Shown here: positions 1 through 16,845 of the stretch, one piece after another
Layout of the letters: each line of letters opens with the position of its first letter
Numbering within the stretch: position 1 is the first letter of the stretch
Assembly (NCBI GenBank): GCA_002269645.1
Contig: NIVC01002628.1
Coordinates: 1 to 37,133, forward strand
Origin: Macrostomum lignano
Taxonomy: Eukaryota
Reading direction: 5' to 3'
Length of the DNA: 37,133 bases
Notes under the pieces: model-generated
Told to the model about the DNA's origin: nothing
What the model saw: the letters and a program-made list of their open reading frames with translations, nothing else
Database searches by the model: none
Made by a program: the position numbers and the translations under genes

Positions 1-560
<560 letters not shown>

Positions 561-566
561 TTTCTG

Positions 567-819
567 TCTTATCTTGTCTTATCTTGTCTATCTTATCTTA
601 TCTTATCTATCTTATCTTATCTTATTTATCTTATATCTTATCTTATCTTACTATCTTATCTTATCTTATCTATCTTATCTTATCTATCTTATCTTATCTT
701 CTTATCTTATCTTGTCTTATCTTATCTTATCTTATCTTATCTTATCTTATCTTATCTTGTCTTGTCTTATCTTATCTTATCTTATCTTGTCTTATCTTAT
801 CTTATCTTATCTTATCTTA

Positions 820-850
<31 letters not shown>

Positions 851-1053
851 TATCTTATCTTATCTTATCTTATCTTATCTTATCTTATCATTCTTATCTT
901 ATCTTATCTTATCTTATCTTTCTTATCTTATCTTATCTTATCTTATCTTATCTTATCTTATCATATCTTATCTTATCTTATCTTATCTTATCTTATCATA
1001 TCTTATCTTATCTTATCTTGTCTTATCTTATCTTGTCTTATCTTATCTTATCT
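567..1053. repeat. (TCTTA)n microsatellite ending ~8 nt before the acceptor at 1061-1062
   Basis: Direct inspection. Confidence 0.97.
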
Positions 1054-1062
1054 AAATTCCAG

Positions 1063-4000
1063 GAAGCGCTACACTCCCACCGTGTTCAACGATTTGCGTC
1101 CCTACCGCGACACGCGCAGCACTGTCAGAGCGCTGACCGCGGTGAGTTTTGCAAATCTGACAAAATTATATTACTGACAGTAATGCCCTGTGTTTTAGTT
1201 TTTCCGGTTCTCATTTGAATTGCTTTCTCAATCCCACAAATAATCCGTCTTCCTCATCCCAGTCTCATTGAAGTCAAATACAAAGCCTCTCATAGACACC
1301 TGAAAAGCCAGAAAAAATCAAGTAGTGAAATATCATCCCCAAAAGTTCATCCCCTAAAAATCCCAAAAATCCGCTCTGACTCCTGAGAATCTCAAAAATC
1401 TCTTTGGATTCTCGAGATTTTTTTAAAAAATCTCAAAAATCTGCCTCTGATTTCCAAGAAGCTCAAAATCCCAAAAATCTCCTCTGATTCATAGGAAACT
1501 CAAAAATCCACTTCGATTCCCGAGAATCTCAAAAAATCCCAAAAAGCCCCTTTGATTATCAAGAACCTAAAAAAATCCCTAAAATCCCATTGAATTCTCG
1601 AGAATCTCAAAAAATCCTAAAAACCACCTTTGATTCTCGAGAATCTCAAAAAATCCTAAAAATCGCTTTGAATTCCCAAAAATCTCAAAAAATCCCAAAA
1701 AATCCACTCTGATTCCCAAGAATCTCAAAAATCTCAAAAGATCCCCTTTGATTATCGAGAATCTCAAAAATCCCAAAAATCCCATTGAATTCTCGGAATC
1801 TCAAAAAATCCCTAAAACCAACTCCATTTCCCGAGAATTTCAAAAAATCTCAAAATCTCATTGAATTCTCGAGAATCTCGAAAAAAATCCGAAAAATCCC
1901 ATTGAATTCTCGAGAATCTCAAAAAATCCTAAAAATCCCTTTGAATTCACAACAATCTCAAAAAATCCCAAAAAATCCCATTGAATTCTCGAGAACCTCA
2001 AAAAATCCCCAAAACCACTTTTAATTCCTGAGAATCTCAAATATTCCAAAAATCTCTTTGGATTCCCGAGAATCTAAAAAAAATCCTGAAAAATCCCCTT
2101 TGATTTTCTAGAATCTCAAAGATTCTCAGAAATCCTCAAAAATAAAGAGAAAAAACTTTCTGAAGAATCCATAAAACACTGGGATCTTTAAAAAAATCCC
2201 TAAAAACCCACTCCCAGGCTCCGGTGAGGCCAGCCAGCTACAACAGTCGCCAGACCGCCACCTACGCCTGCGACCAGCTCGAGAACTACAAGCTGGACTC
2301 AGTCGAGCCTCGCAGCCGTTCGAGCGCAGCCGAAGCCTCCGGCAGACCCTCGGCCGGTCCGGAAACTTCCGTTGGCGCCAGTCGACGCCAAACCCGAGCG
2401 CCAACTTCGATGCAGCAGGCGCCGCAGGCGAACGCTCGCGTCGCGGGCGACTCATTGAGCAGCCATCAAGCCAGGTTCCCGCGAGTTGTGGTCAGCTGCG
2501 ATCGGAGACTTCACGGAGCTTCCGGCTTGAAGAGGAAGGATCTTTTCCTGCTGCGGTAGGCTCAGCGACTGTCTGTCGGGATTGGCTGTCAGTCTGTCAG
2601 GATTGGCTGTCAGTCTGTCAGGATTGGCTGTCAGTCTGTCAGGATTGGCTGTCAGTCTGTCAGGATTGACTGTCAGTCTGTCAGGATTGGCTGTCAGTCT
2701 GTAGGGATTGGCTGTCAGTCTGTCAGGATTGACTGTCAGTCTGTCAGGATTGGCTGTCAGTCTGTAGGGATTGGCTGTCAGTCTGTCAGGATTGACTGTC
2801 AGTCTGTAGGGATTGGCTGTCAGTCTGTCAAGATTGGCTGTCAGTCTGTCAGGATTGGCTGTCAGTCTGTCAGGATTGGCTGTCAGTCTGTCAGGATTGG
2901 CTGTCAGTCTGTCAGGATTGGCTGTCAGTCTGTCAGGATTGGCCGTCAGTCTGTAGGGATTGGCTGTCAGTCTGTCAAGATTGGCTGTCAGTCTGTCAGG
3001 ATTGGCTGTCAGTCTGTAGGGATTGGCTGTCAGTCTGTCAGGATTGGCTGTCAGTCTGTAGGGATTGGCTGTCAGTCTGTCAGGATTGGCTGTCAGTCTG
3101 TCAGGGATTGGCTGTCAGTCTGTCAGGATTGGCTGTCAGTCTGTCAGGATTGGCTGTCAGTCTGTCAGGATTGGCTGTCAGTCTGTCAGGATTGGCTGTC
3201 AGTCTGTAGGGATTGGCTGTCAGTCTGTCAAGATTGGCTGTCAGTCTGTCAGGATTGGCTGTCAGTCTGTCAGGATTGGCTGTCAGTCTGTCAGGATTGG
3301 CTGTCAGTCTGTCAGGATTGGCTGTCAGTCTGTCAGGATTGGCTGTCAGTCTGTAGGGATTGGCTGTCAGTCTGTCAGGATTGACTGTCAGTCTGTCAGG
3401 ATTGGCTGTCAGTCTGTAGGATTGGCTGTCAGTCTGTCAGGATTGGCTGTCAGTCTGTAGGGATTGGCTGTCAGTCTGTCAGGATTGGCTGTCAGTCTGT
3501 CAGGATTGGCTGTCAGTCTGTCAGGATTGGCTGTCAGTCTGTCAGGATTGGCTGTCAGTCTGTCGGATTGGCTGTCAGTCTGTCGGATTGGCTGTCAGTC
3601 TGTCGGATTGGCTGTCAGTCTGTCAGGATTGGCTGTCAGTCTGTAGGGATTGGCTGTCAGTCTGTCAGGATTGACTGTCAGTCTGTCAGGATTGGCTGTC
3701 AGTCTGTAGGGATTGGCTGTCAGTCTGTCAGGATTGGCTGTCAGTCTGTCAGGATTGACTGTCAGTCTGTCAGGATTGGCTGTCAGTCTGTAGGGATTGG
3801 CTGTCAGTCTGTCAGGATTGGCTGTCAGTCTGTCAGGATTGGCTGTCAGTCTGTAGGGATTGGCTGCCTGTCTGCCGGGATTGGGGGTCTGTCTGTCGGA
3901 TTTGCGATCTGTCTGTCGGGATTGGCTGTCAGTCTGTCGGGATTAGCTGTCAGTCTGTCGGGATTGGCTGTCAGTCTGTTGGGATTATCTCTCAGGCTGT

Positions 4001-6640
4001 CAGGATGGGTTGTCAATCTGTCAGGATGGATTCTCAATCAGTCAGTTTGAATAGTCAATAAACATCACACTCTCCTCTCGTACGAGATTTTCACTGCATA
4101 GGAACTATTAAAATCTGATTATTACATTAACGAATTCTTAAACCCTGTCATGCCTGACTCATTTTCGCGCCCGCGGTCAGCAAGGAGGTGGGTCAGAACA
4201 AGCTGCATACCTCTCAAGCCCGCATCGAAGAGGATTACAGACACGCCAAGCGGGATTTCTACAATCTGCAGCTGGACAGACTCGAAGAGATTCAGTCGGG
4301 AGCCAACCGGGAAAACGTGTCGCAGGCTTACGTCACCTATTTTAGGCATACGCCGGGTAAGTTATGCCGCAGGTTTCTGGGAGAATTATTGACGATTACG
4401 GCAAAGATACACAAAAGCCCACAAATCCTAACTTTCCAGTTTCAATTTTTCCTGATCCCAACTTCCAGATCCTCTGATCTGATAGTCCCAAATCCACAGA
4501 TCCCATAGTCCCAGATCCTCTGATCCAATAGTCCCAGATCCTCTGATCCAATAGTCCCAGATCCTCTGATCCAATAGTCCCAGATCCTCTGATCCATTCG
4601 TCCCAAACCCACAGATCCCATAGTCCCAGATCCTCTGATCCATAGTCCCAGATCCTCTGATCCCATAGTCCCAGATCCTCTGATCCATAGTCCCAGATCC
4701 TCTGATCCATAGTCCCAGATCCTCTGATCCAATAGTCCCAGATCCTCTGATCCAATAGTCCCAGATCCTCTGATCAAATAGTCCCAGATCCTCTGATCCA
4801 ATAGTCCCAGATCCTCTGATCCCATAGTCCCAGATCCTCTGATCCAATAGTCCCAGATCCTCTGATCCCATAGTCCCAGATCCTCTGATCCAATAGTCCC
4901 AGATCCTCTGATCCATTCGTCCCAAACCCACAGATCCCATAGTCCCAGATCCTCTGATCCCATAGTCCCAGATCCTCTGATCCAATAGTCCCAGATCCTC
5001 TGATCCCATAGTCCCAGATCCTCTGATCCCATAGTCCCAGATCCTCTGATCCCATAGTCCCAGATCCTCTGATCCAATCGTCCCAAACCCACAGATCCCA
5101 TAGTCCCAGATCCTCAGATTTCATAGTCCCAGATCCTCTGATCCCATAGTCCCAGATCCTCTGATCCAATAGTCCCAGATCCTCTGATCCAATAGTCCCA
5201 GATCCTCTGATCAAATAGTCCCAGATCCTCAGATTTCATAGTCCCAGATCCTCTGATCCCATAGTCCCAGATCCTCTGATCCAATAGTCCCAGATCCTCT
5301 GATCCCATAGTCCCAGATCCTCTGATCCAATAGTCCCAGATCCTCTGATCCATTCGTCCCAAACCCACAGATCCCATAGTCCCAGATCCTCTGATCCCAT
5401 AGTCCCAGATCCTCTGATCCCATAGTCCCAGATCCTCTGATCCCATAGTCCCAGATCCTCTGATCCCATAGTCCCAGATCCTCTGATCCAATAGTCCCAG
5501 ATCCTCTGATCCAATAGTCCCAGATCCTCTGATCAAATAGTCCCAGATCCTCTGATCCAATAGTCCCAGATCCTCTGATCCCATAGTCCCAGATCCTCTG
5601 ATCCAATAGTCCCAGATCCTCTGATCCCATAGTCCCAGATCCTCTGATCCAATAGTCCCAGATCCTCTGATCCATTCGTCCCAAACCCACAGATCCCATA
5701 GTCCCAGATCCTCTGATCCCATAGTCCCAGATCCTCTGATCCCATAGTCCCAGATCCTCTGATCCCATAGTCCCAGATCCTCTGATCCCATAGTCCCAGA
5801 TCCTCTGATCCAATCGTCCCAAACCCACAGATCCCATAGTCCCAGATCCTCAGATTTCATAGTCCCAGATCCTCTGATCCCATAGTCCCAGATCCTCTGA
5901 TCCAATAGTCCCAGATCCTCTGATCCAATAGTCCCAGATCCTCTGATCCAATAGTCCCAGATCCTCTGATCCCATAGTCCCAGATCCTCTGATCCAATAG
6001 TCCCAGATCCTCTGATCCAATAGTCCCAGATCCTCTGATCCAATAGTCCCAGATCCTCTGATCCGATAGTCCCAGATCCTCTGATCCAATAGTCCCAGAT
6101 CCTCTGATCCCATAGTCCCAGATCCTCTGATCCCATAGTCCCAGATCCTCTGATCCAATAGTCCCAGATCCTCTGATCCATTCGTCCCAAACCCACAGAT
6201 CCCATAGTCCCAGATCCTCAGATTTCATAGTCCCAGATCCTCTGATCCATTCGTCCCAAACCCACAGATCCCATAGTCCCAGATCCTCTGATCCAATCGT
6301 CCCAAACCCACAGATCCCATAGTCCCAGATCCTCAGATCCCATAGTCCCAGATCCACAGATCCCATAGTCCCAGATCCACAGATCCCATAGTCCCAGATC
6401 CTCAGATCCCATAGTCCCAGATCCTCTGATCCCATAGTCCCAAACCCACAGATATCATAGTCCCAAATCCTCAGATCTCATAGTCCCAAATCCTCAGATC
6501 CCAACCTCCCTAGATCCCAAAGTTCCAGCTAAAGCAAAGCATAACAGTTTATATTTAGATCCAAAGCTCACTGATTTTCAGGAGGCAGCCGAGCCATCAA
6601 GGACTGCCTTGCCGACATTCGGTCACCCCGAGCGGAATAA
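1063..6640 (+). CDS. 3' part of an uncharacterised spliced protein-coding gene (5' exons lie upstream of the window)
   Basis: Exons 1063-1141, 2218-2555, 4181-4356 and 6582-6640 have GT-AG boundaries and matching phases (0, 2, 1). They give ...KRYTPTVFNDLRPYRD...LKRKDLFLLRKEVGQNKLHTSQARIEEDYRHAKRDFYNLQLDRLEEIQSGANRENVSQAYVTYFRHTPGGSRAIKDCLADIRSPRAE*. AATAAA overlaps the stop codon. I did not recognise the family. Confidence 0.8.
1345..2205. repeat. Degenerate ~41-42 bp minisatellite (TTGAATTCTCGAGAATCTCAAAAAATCCC...)
   Basis: Recurrent TTCTCGAGAA palindrome plus A-tracts. Confidence 0.88.
2570..4030. repeat. 21-bp minisatellite (GGATTGGCTGTCAGTCTGTCA)
   Basis: About 65-70 tandem units. Confidence 0.96.
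4455..6515. repeat. 23-bp minisatellite (GATCCCATAGTCCCAGATCCTCT) with variant units
   Basis: Tandem units interspersed with CATTCGTCCCAAACCCACAGATC variants. Confidence 0.96.
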
Positions 6641-7104
6641 AAAAGGCTTTTATTGGTTTAAAAAAAATACTTTGAATGAACACAATTTATTGCGTTATCC
6701 TAGATGTTTTTCAGTTATTTTTTTAACGGAAAGTAGATATAACTTTTAAATAAGGCGGTTTTTATATTGTAAACCAACTCAAATTCGTATGCTTCCTCCA
6801 ATGGATGCTTGCACAACACCATTTTTGATAACTGTGTTGATAACGACTTTAAAAAAATAAAAACGGAATTATTGATTGACTTTTTTTACTATTAGTAGAC
6901 GCACAAGTAGTTTAAAGACATTTTATAACTATAATCTGCAGTCCGTTCGTTATTTTTTGCAATATTCCGCTAGTACATGAATAAAAGTAAGAATGAAATT
7001 TTCGGGATACATTCAGCTTAGTCATTCAGTTCGCGAGCCTTTTGTTTATTATCTATCTTTAATTCAAAAAGTGAACTTTTTAAATAATATCAATAGAAGC
7101 AGGA

Positions 7105-7625
7105 AAGGATGATGGGAAACGAGAAGAGGGAGGGAGAGAGGGTGAGAAGAGGAGAGGTAGAGGGAGGATGAAAAGAGGAGGGAGAGACAGAGGGTGAGAA
7201 GAGGAGAGGGTGAGAAGAGGAGAGGGTGAGAAGAGGAGAGGGTGAGAAGAGGAGAGGGTGAGAAGAGGAGAGGGTGAGAAGAGGAGAGGGTGAGAAGAGG
7301 AGAGGGTGAGAAGAGGAGAGGTAGAGGGAGGGTTAGAAAAGGAGAAGTAGAGGGATGGTGGTGGAGGGAAGAGAGAGGGTGAGAAGAGGAGAGGGAGAGG
7401 GAGGGTGTGGAGGGGAGAGAGTGAGAAGAGGAGAGGGAGAGGGAGGGTGTGGAGGGGAGAGAGTGAGAAGAGGAGAGGGAGAGGGAGGGTGAGAAAAGGA
7501 GAGGTAGATGAAAGGAATGAAGAGGAGAGGTAGAGGGAGGGTGTGGAGGGGGGAGGTTGAGAAGAGGAGAGGGAGAGGGAGTGATATAAGCAGAAGGTGA
7601 GACGGAGAGGGACAGGGAGAAGGAG
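7105..7625. repeat. Purine-rich (GAGAAGAGGAGAGGGT)n-like repeat
   Basis: 16-bp core 7190-7320 with degenerate flanks. Confidence 0.9.
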
Positions 7626-8706
7626 AAATGGGGAGAGTGGGAGCACACAGAGACAACAGACAGAAAGCCTAGCACCAAGTTCAGCAACTGCACTGTCCAA
7701 TAGCTGGTCCCCTCCCCGCTCCCCGCTCCAAAACAAGGAAGCCAGGTTGCTATTTTCAATCGATACAGTTCGACCTCAGCCCAAGCCCGACAGAAAGACG
7801 AACAGCAGACAGGCGCAGCAGCTGCGCCTCTGCCAGCATGACTATCGCGGTGTCAGCACCATGCAATCAACTTTGCCTCCGAGTGACTAAGCAACGGCGG
7901 GTGTCCTTCAGTCCCAGGAATTTTCAGACTTCATAACTTCAGTAGGACAGAGCAGCTGTATTCCTCTGGTTTGATTCCGTTGGGTTTGTGTGCTCGAAAA
8001 TTGGCGGCCCGTAGGGGGTTGTCTTGCTGTTCACAGCCACGAGAGTGTACATGCATTGACGATTCGAAAGTACATCCTGTGTGAGCGTGTGTTTGAGTGC
8101 GTAGTCTGCCGAATGGACAGATTTTCATAAAATCCGAGGCATAAGCAGATCTGTCGCACTCCCAGCTTGTGAAACAGAACTGACAAGCTACAGGCAGGCA
8201 GCTGAAGCAAGAAGGCCAGTTGCAGACTGTGTCTGTGACTCACTCGTCAGGAACCGGGCGGGAGGGGAGGGGGGGGGTGGGTGGAAAGCGCGAGTGACGA
8301 AACTTCGCGTTGCAGCTTGCCAAAGACTAATTGCTGCAGAATCTGCTTTCGCGTATAAGAGTGTGATAAAAGAAGGGGCCCCTAGTGTTAGAACTAGTTG
8401 AGATTGGGTGACCACGACGCTTCTAGTTACACCTGACTTACCTGTCAATTAATTCTCTGGAAAAATGCCTTCCAAAATTTATCTGCCGTGCGTCATTTAC
8501 AGCTGCGATTATTTGCAAGCTAGGGACCGAATATTTCTAGTTACTAAGCTTAAATGAATGTCGGAATATCAGCTGATTATGTAATCTATAATTGGCTTTT
8601 AACTTCAAAAGAAATTTGTAACCAAAACCAGCTGGCTCGAAACACACAACAATGCGACGCTAAATGGCAAAAGAAAATTCTTTTGAAATATGCATCCAAA
8701 TTTTTT

Positions 8707-9106
<400 letters not shown>

Positions 9107-9366
9107 ATTGAATTAGTCTCAAAGAAATAATGATGATATTAAAACTGACAGCCAGAAAGCCGCCTATTTAATCGCAGTCAGTCCATTTAGCGGACAGAGC
9201 CAGGAAACGCCCTTCTAGGGGAAGCGCGGGAGACAGCCAGTCTGCCCTTATCTTTCCAGATCTCCTAAATATTCCCATTATGAACTGTTCTTGCATGCAG
9301 TTACAGGGATTAAAAAGGATGAGATAACGTGTCCGTCTCGCTCATGGCCAACGCCCAATAGCGCAT

Positions 9367-10364
9367 ATGGCTTCAGCAGGATTGGCCCTAACCCGAGCTG
9401 TGGAAAAGCCACTAATACTAGATTACTCTCGTGACTACAGTTGTGAGCAGCTTAGCCGACTAAAGTACTCGACTCTGAATGCTTGAAATGGGGGGGGGGG
9501 TTCACCATAAATATATTGTTAAACTATAGATGTGTACTTTAGGCGCAGTGAAGTAGACAGCAAGAGTGCATGGACCTGCATGTTGCGGCTTTTTAAAAGA
9601 AATTCGTTCCCCAGTAGGGCTCGCGGTTCCTGCACGGGTTGTCTGCTTTTTTGGTAGGTTTAGCTGCCTTTGCGGACACTGAATTCACACTGACACGCTG
9701 TACACGCCTGTACACCTGGGGTTCCGCAAACTCCGAAACGTCTCTCTCCGGCTGTTTGGTTCCTTCAAACTTCACAATCTGTAGCAACTGCTCAAGGTTT
9801 GTGTCTTTTCTCACAGTTCCTTTCTCTCTCTTCTATCTCTCTTCACTCCTCTAATCATCTATCTGCTTTGTTGTCCTGTAGGAGAGAGAAAACTTCCATA
9901 AACATTGGCCGCACGGCGTGCACTAGCGGTACACTGACTGGGTTGGACCGGACAGGACAAGTTGGGGGGCCGCGGACGCAGCTTCTGGTTGGCTGGTCCA
10001 GGGGAGAAGGCGCGTGTGGCCGAGCGCTTTATAGCTAATATAACTATTAGCAATGTAGCTTTTGCTTGTGCACGTGTGCATTGGCTGGGCTGCTATGCGG
10101 CTTCGGTTTGATAAGATTATAATAAATTTCTACACAAACCAGCAGTAAGCTCTGCGACCAGTTCATTAAGAAAGAATTTGTTTTGTAGCGTTCAATAAGT
10201 GTATGGAAATAAGTTCTTTGCAGTTGTGGACACACTCATTACTCACTGCTCTGTGTGAGCTGACCTACTGGACCTGAGCGGCTTTACTTGGTCAGATATT
10301 GGAAGCATTGATAATATGCCGGTGAGTTTCTCTAGCTTTGTTTAGGCCTGTCTGTCTGTCTGTG

Positions 10365-10441
<77 letters not shown>

Positions 10442-10500
10442 TTCTCAGTCTTGTCTGTCTGTCTGTCTGTCTGTCTTTCTCAGTCTTGTCTGTCTGTGCC

Positions 10501-10545
<45 letters not shown>

Positions 10546-10546
10546 G

Positions 10547-10577
<31 letters not shown>

Positions 10578-10578
10578 G

Positions 10579-10623
<45 letters not shown>

Positions 10624-10665
10624 TTCTCAGTCTTGTCTGTCTGTCTGTCTGTCTGTCTTTCTCAG

Positions 10666-10703
<38 letters not shown>

Positions 10704-10720
10704 GTGTCTGTCTGTCTGTG

Positions 10721-10751
<31 letters not shown>

Positions 10752-10752
10752 G

Positions 10753-10783
<31 letters not shown>

Positions 10784-10784
10784 G

Positions 10785-10825
<41 letters not shown>

Positions 10826-10867
10826 TTCTCAGTCTTGTCTGTCTGTCTGTCTGTCTGTCTTTCTCAG

Positions 10868-10905
<38 letters not shown>

Positions 10906-10906
10906 G

Positions 10907-10941
<35 letters not shown>

Positions 10942-10942
10942 G

Positions 10943-10973
<31 letters not shown>

Positions 10974-10974
10974 G

Positions 10975-11033
<59 letters not shown>

Positions 11034-11050
11034 GTGTCTGTCTGTCTGTG

Positions 11051-11091
<41 letters not shown>

Positions 11092-11133
11092 TTCTCAGTC
11101 TTGTCTGTCTGTCTGTCTGTCTGTCTTTCTCAG

Positions 11134-11193
<60 letters not shown>

Positions 11194-11217
11194 GCCTGCC
11201 TGTCTGTCTGTCTGTCC

Positions 11218-11271
<54 letters not shown>

Positions 11272-11272
11272 G

Positions 11273-11303
<31 letters not shown>

Positions 11304-11304
11304 G

Positions 11305-11335
<31 letters not shown>

Positions 11336-11446
11336 GTGTCTGTCTTTCTCAGTCTTGTCTGTCTGTCTGTCTGTCTGTCTTTCTCAGTCTTGTCTGTCTG
11401 TCTGTCTGTCTGTCTGTGTGTCTGTCTGTCTGTCTGTCTGTCTGTG

Positions 11447-11493
<47 letters not shown>

Positions 11494-11538
11494 GTGTCTG
11501 TCTGTCTGTGTGTCTGTCTGTCTGTCTGTCTGTCTGTG

Positions 11539-11569
<31 letters not shown>

Positions 11570-11598
11570 GTGTCTGTCTGTCTGTCTGTCTGTCTGTG

Positions 11599-11629
<31 letters not shown>

Positions 11630-11630
11630 G

Positions 11631-11671
<41 letters not shown>

Positions 11672-11713
11672 TTCTCAGTCTTGTCTGTCTGTCTGTCTGT
11701 CTGTCTTTCTCAG

Positions 11714-11751
<38 letters not shown>

Positions 11752-11752
11752 G

Positions 11753-11783
<31 letters not shown>

Positions 11784-11784
11784 G

Positions 11785-11827
<43 letters not shown>

Positions 11828-11828
11828 G

Positions 11829-11879
<51 letters not shown>

Positions 11880-11896
11880 GTGTCTGTCTGTCTGTG

Positions 11897-11949
<53 letters not shown>

Positions 11950-12026
11950 TTCTCAGTCTTGTCTGTCTGTCTGTCTGTCTGTCTTTCTCAGTCTTGTCTG
12001 TCTGTCTGTCTGTCTGTCTTTCTCAG

Positions 12027-12070
<44 letters not shown>

Positions 12071-12077
12071 TTCTCAG

Positions 12078-12121
<44 letters not shown>

Positions 12122-12430
12122 TTCTCAGTCTTGTCTGTCTGTCTGTCTGTCTGTCTTTCTCAGTCTTGTCTGTCTGTCTGTCAATCGATAACCCATATCC
12201 AGACCAGACAAGGGGCCCTGAGCAGGCGGTCCATCCAACCGGAAAATGATGCCGGGCATCCTCATCGACTCGGTGCAGAATTTCGCCAATTCTCTCTTAG
12301 CCAAACGATCAGCAAGCGCACTTAGTTTGCAAGCGGGATGATGAAGATTGCACAGAGTGCTCTGACTGCGGAGTTTATAGATCAATAATTCAGTCAACTA
12401 AGGATTGTGTTTTATTAAATAATAATAAAA
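9367..12430 (+). other. Unresolved spliced transcription unit (lncRNA, small-ORF gene, or 5' UTR exons of the PTB-like gene)
   Basis: Splice-consensus pairs define introns 9797-9881 (85 nt), 10145-10223 (79 nt) and 10322-12202. AATAAA at 12424. No convincing long ORF after splicing. Confidence 0.35.
10348..12182. repeat. (TCTG)n microsatellite interrupted by recurring TTTCTCAGTCT
   Basis: Direct inspection; about 18 interruptions. Confidence 0.97.
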
Positions 12431-12786
12431 AGTTTTACAACAAGCCAGAGCGCGATGACGCTTCTCGGAGTTAGCCGCGGCTACTCAGATGTGTTGTTAC
12501 AAAGTACCATGACCCGACCTACGGCAACGCTGGGGGGGGGAGGCTGCAAGTGGTTTGTCTTTTGTTTTAAAAACTTAAATAACGCACATTCCTGCTCTGC
12601 ATGCAGATTTTAGATTGTCTGTCTGACAACTCCAGGCCATGGAGCACATCGGGTACACAGCATCCGGGCTGGGGAGATGAGAATAATTCAGAAAAAATGA
12701 GATCTATAAATTCTTTGTTTCTTTTCTATGAAAATGATGGCAGTCTACCAGCGGCTGATATCCTACTTACCAAATCTCCATTACTC

Positions 12787-12787
12787 T

Positions 12788-12829
<42 letters not shown>

Positions 12830-13002
12830 CTTCCTCTCCCCTCTCTTCCTCTCCCCTCTCTTCCTCTCCCCTCTCTTCCTCTCCCCTCTTTCTCTCCCCT
12901 CTCTTCCTCTCCCCTCTCTTCCTCTCCCTTCTCTTCCTCTCCTCTCTTTCTCTCCTCTCTCCCTCTCTCCTGTCTTCCTCTGCCCTCTCTCCCTCTCTCC
13001 CT
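12787..13002. repeat. CT-rich simple repeat
   Basis: (CT)n followed by 15-bp CTCTTCCTCTCCCCT units. Confidence 0.9.
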
Positions 13003-13795
13003 ATAGAGCCCCATCACAATGAGCAATCCTGACTCTGCTCCAGTCTGAATTGCAGCCAAAATTTTACAGAATAAAACTGTCTATTTCGCTATAAAACTGT
13101 CAGCTGTTCTGTTTAAAAACAAAAGTTTCTACACATCAAATGGTTTCCAATCCAAGTTGGTAATTTTCAAACATCACGGCCCGCCCAATAAAATGTGTGA
13201 TGCTGTCTTTTGTACTTGGGGCACTTGGATAGAAGAGACAGACAGTCACACTGTTATGAACATTGCCAGATGCTTTGCACAGAAGAATATAATACTGTAG
13301 GGTGAATGCCGTGCGTTCAAGACGAAACCCCGCTGGCACTCGTGAGAAAATATCTACCAAAGATTTAGATACTTAACATAATAAGCAGGTGAAAGCCGCA
13401 TCAGCAAGGCTGAATTCCGACTTAAGCTACAATTCTTAAAGCATATCTCGCTACAGAACATCTACTATTGGTAAGTTCTGCAGTTCTGTGGCTACTTGGT
13501 ATTAACTCATACTGCCTTGAAGTGTTGATTACTTCTGAATGAAACACATTATTCATTTGGAGGGGCTGTTGGTAAACGAAAATTGGGTCCAAACCTCGCG
13601 GCACAGGGAATCTACCTTCTTGACGAGTTGAAAGTCAAAGGTCCGCTGTACACCGCCATGTAGCTTCTTGATCCCATCCTGCCACTCAATAATCCCACCG
13701 CACTCTGTGAAACATTTCAGTTTCAATTGAGCTTTAGTCTTCTGGGCAGATCCAAAGCCAAGCAGCAGCAACAGCAACTTCAAGGAACTCAAAAG

Positions 13796-16845
<3,050 letters not shown>

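Noticed and set aside
574-1218. Long ORFs (SYLIL...)
   Set aside because: Translation of (TCTTA)n; only the embedded exon 1063-1141 is coding.
3065-6435. Many long ORFs on both strands (IGCQSVR..., GSEDLGL...)
   Set aside because: Stop-free frames of the 21- and 23-bp intronic minisatellites.
7680-7880. Signal-peptide-like antisense stretch (CCACLLFVFLSGLG*GRTVS...)
   Set aside because: No start codon in frame, an internal stop, and it runs into the GA repeat.
9593-9814. Antisense ORF KDTNLEQLLQIVKFEG...
   Set aside because: No pyrimidine-rich acceptor or ATG on the - strand; the + strand shows a clear 85-nt intron at 9797-9881.
10338-12325. 587-653 aa ORFs (VCLS)n
   Set aside because: Translation of (TCTG)n.
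12203-12560. SECIS element
   Set aside because: The ATGA occurrences lack the correctly spaced AA and GA core with pairing stems.
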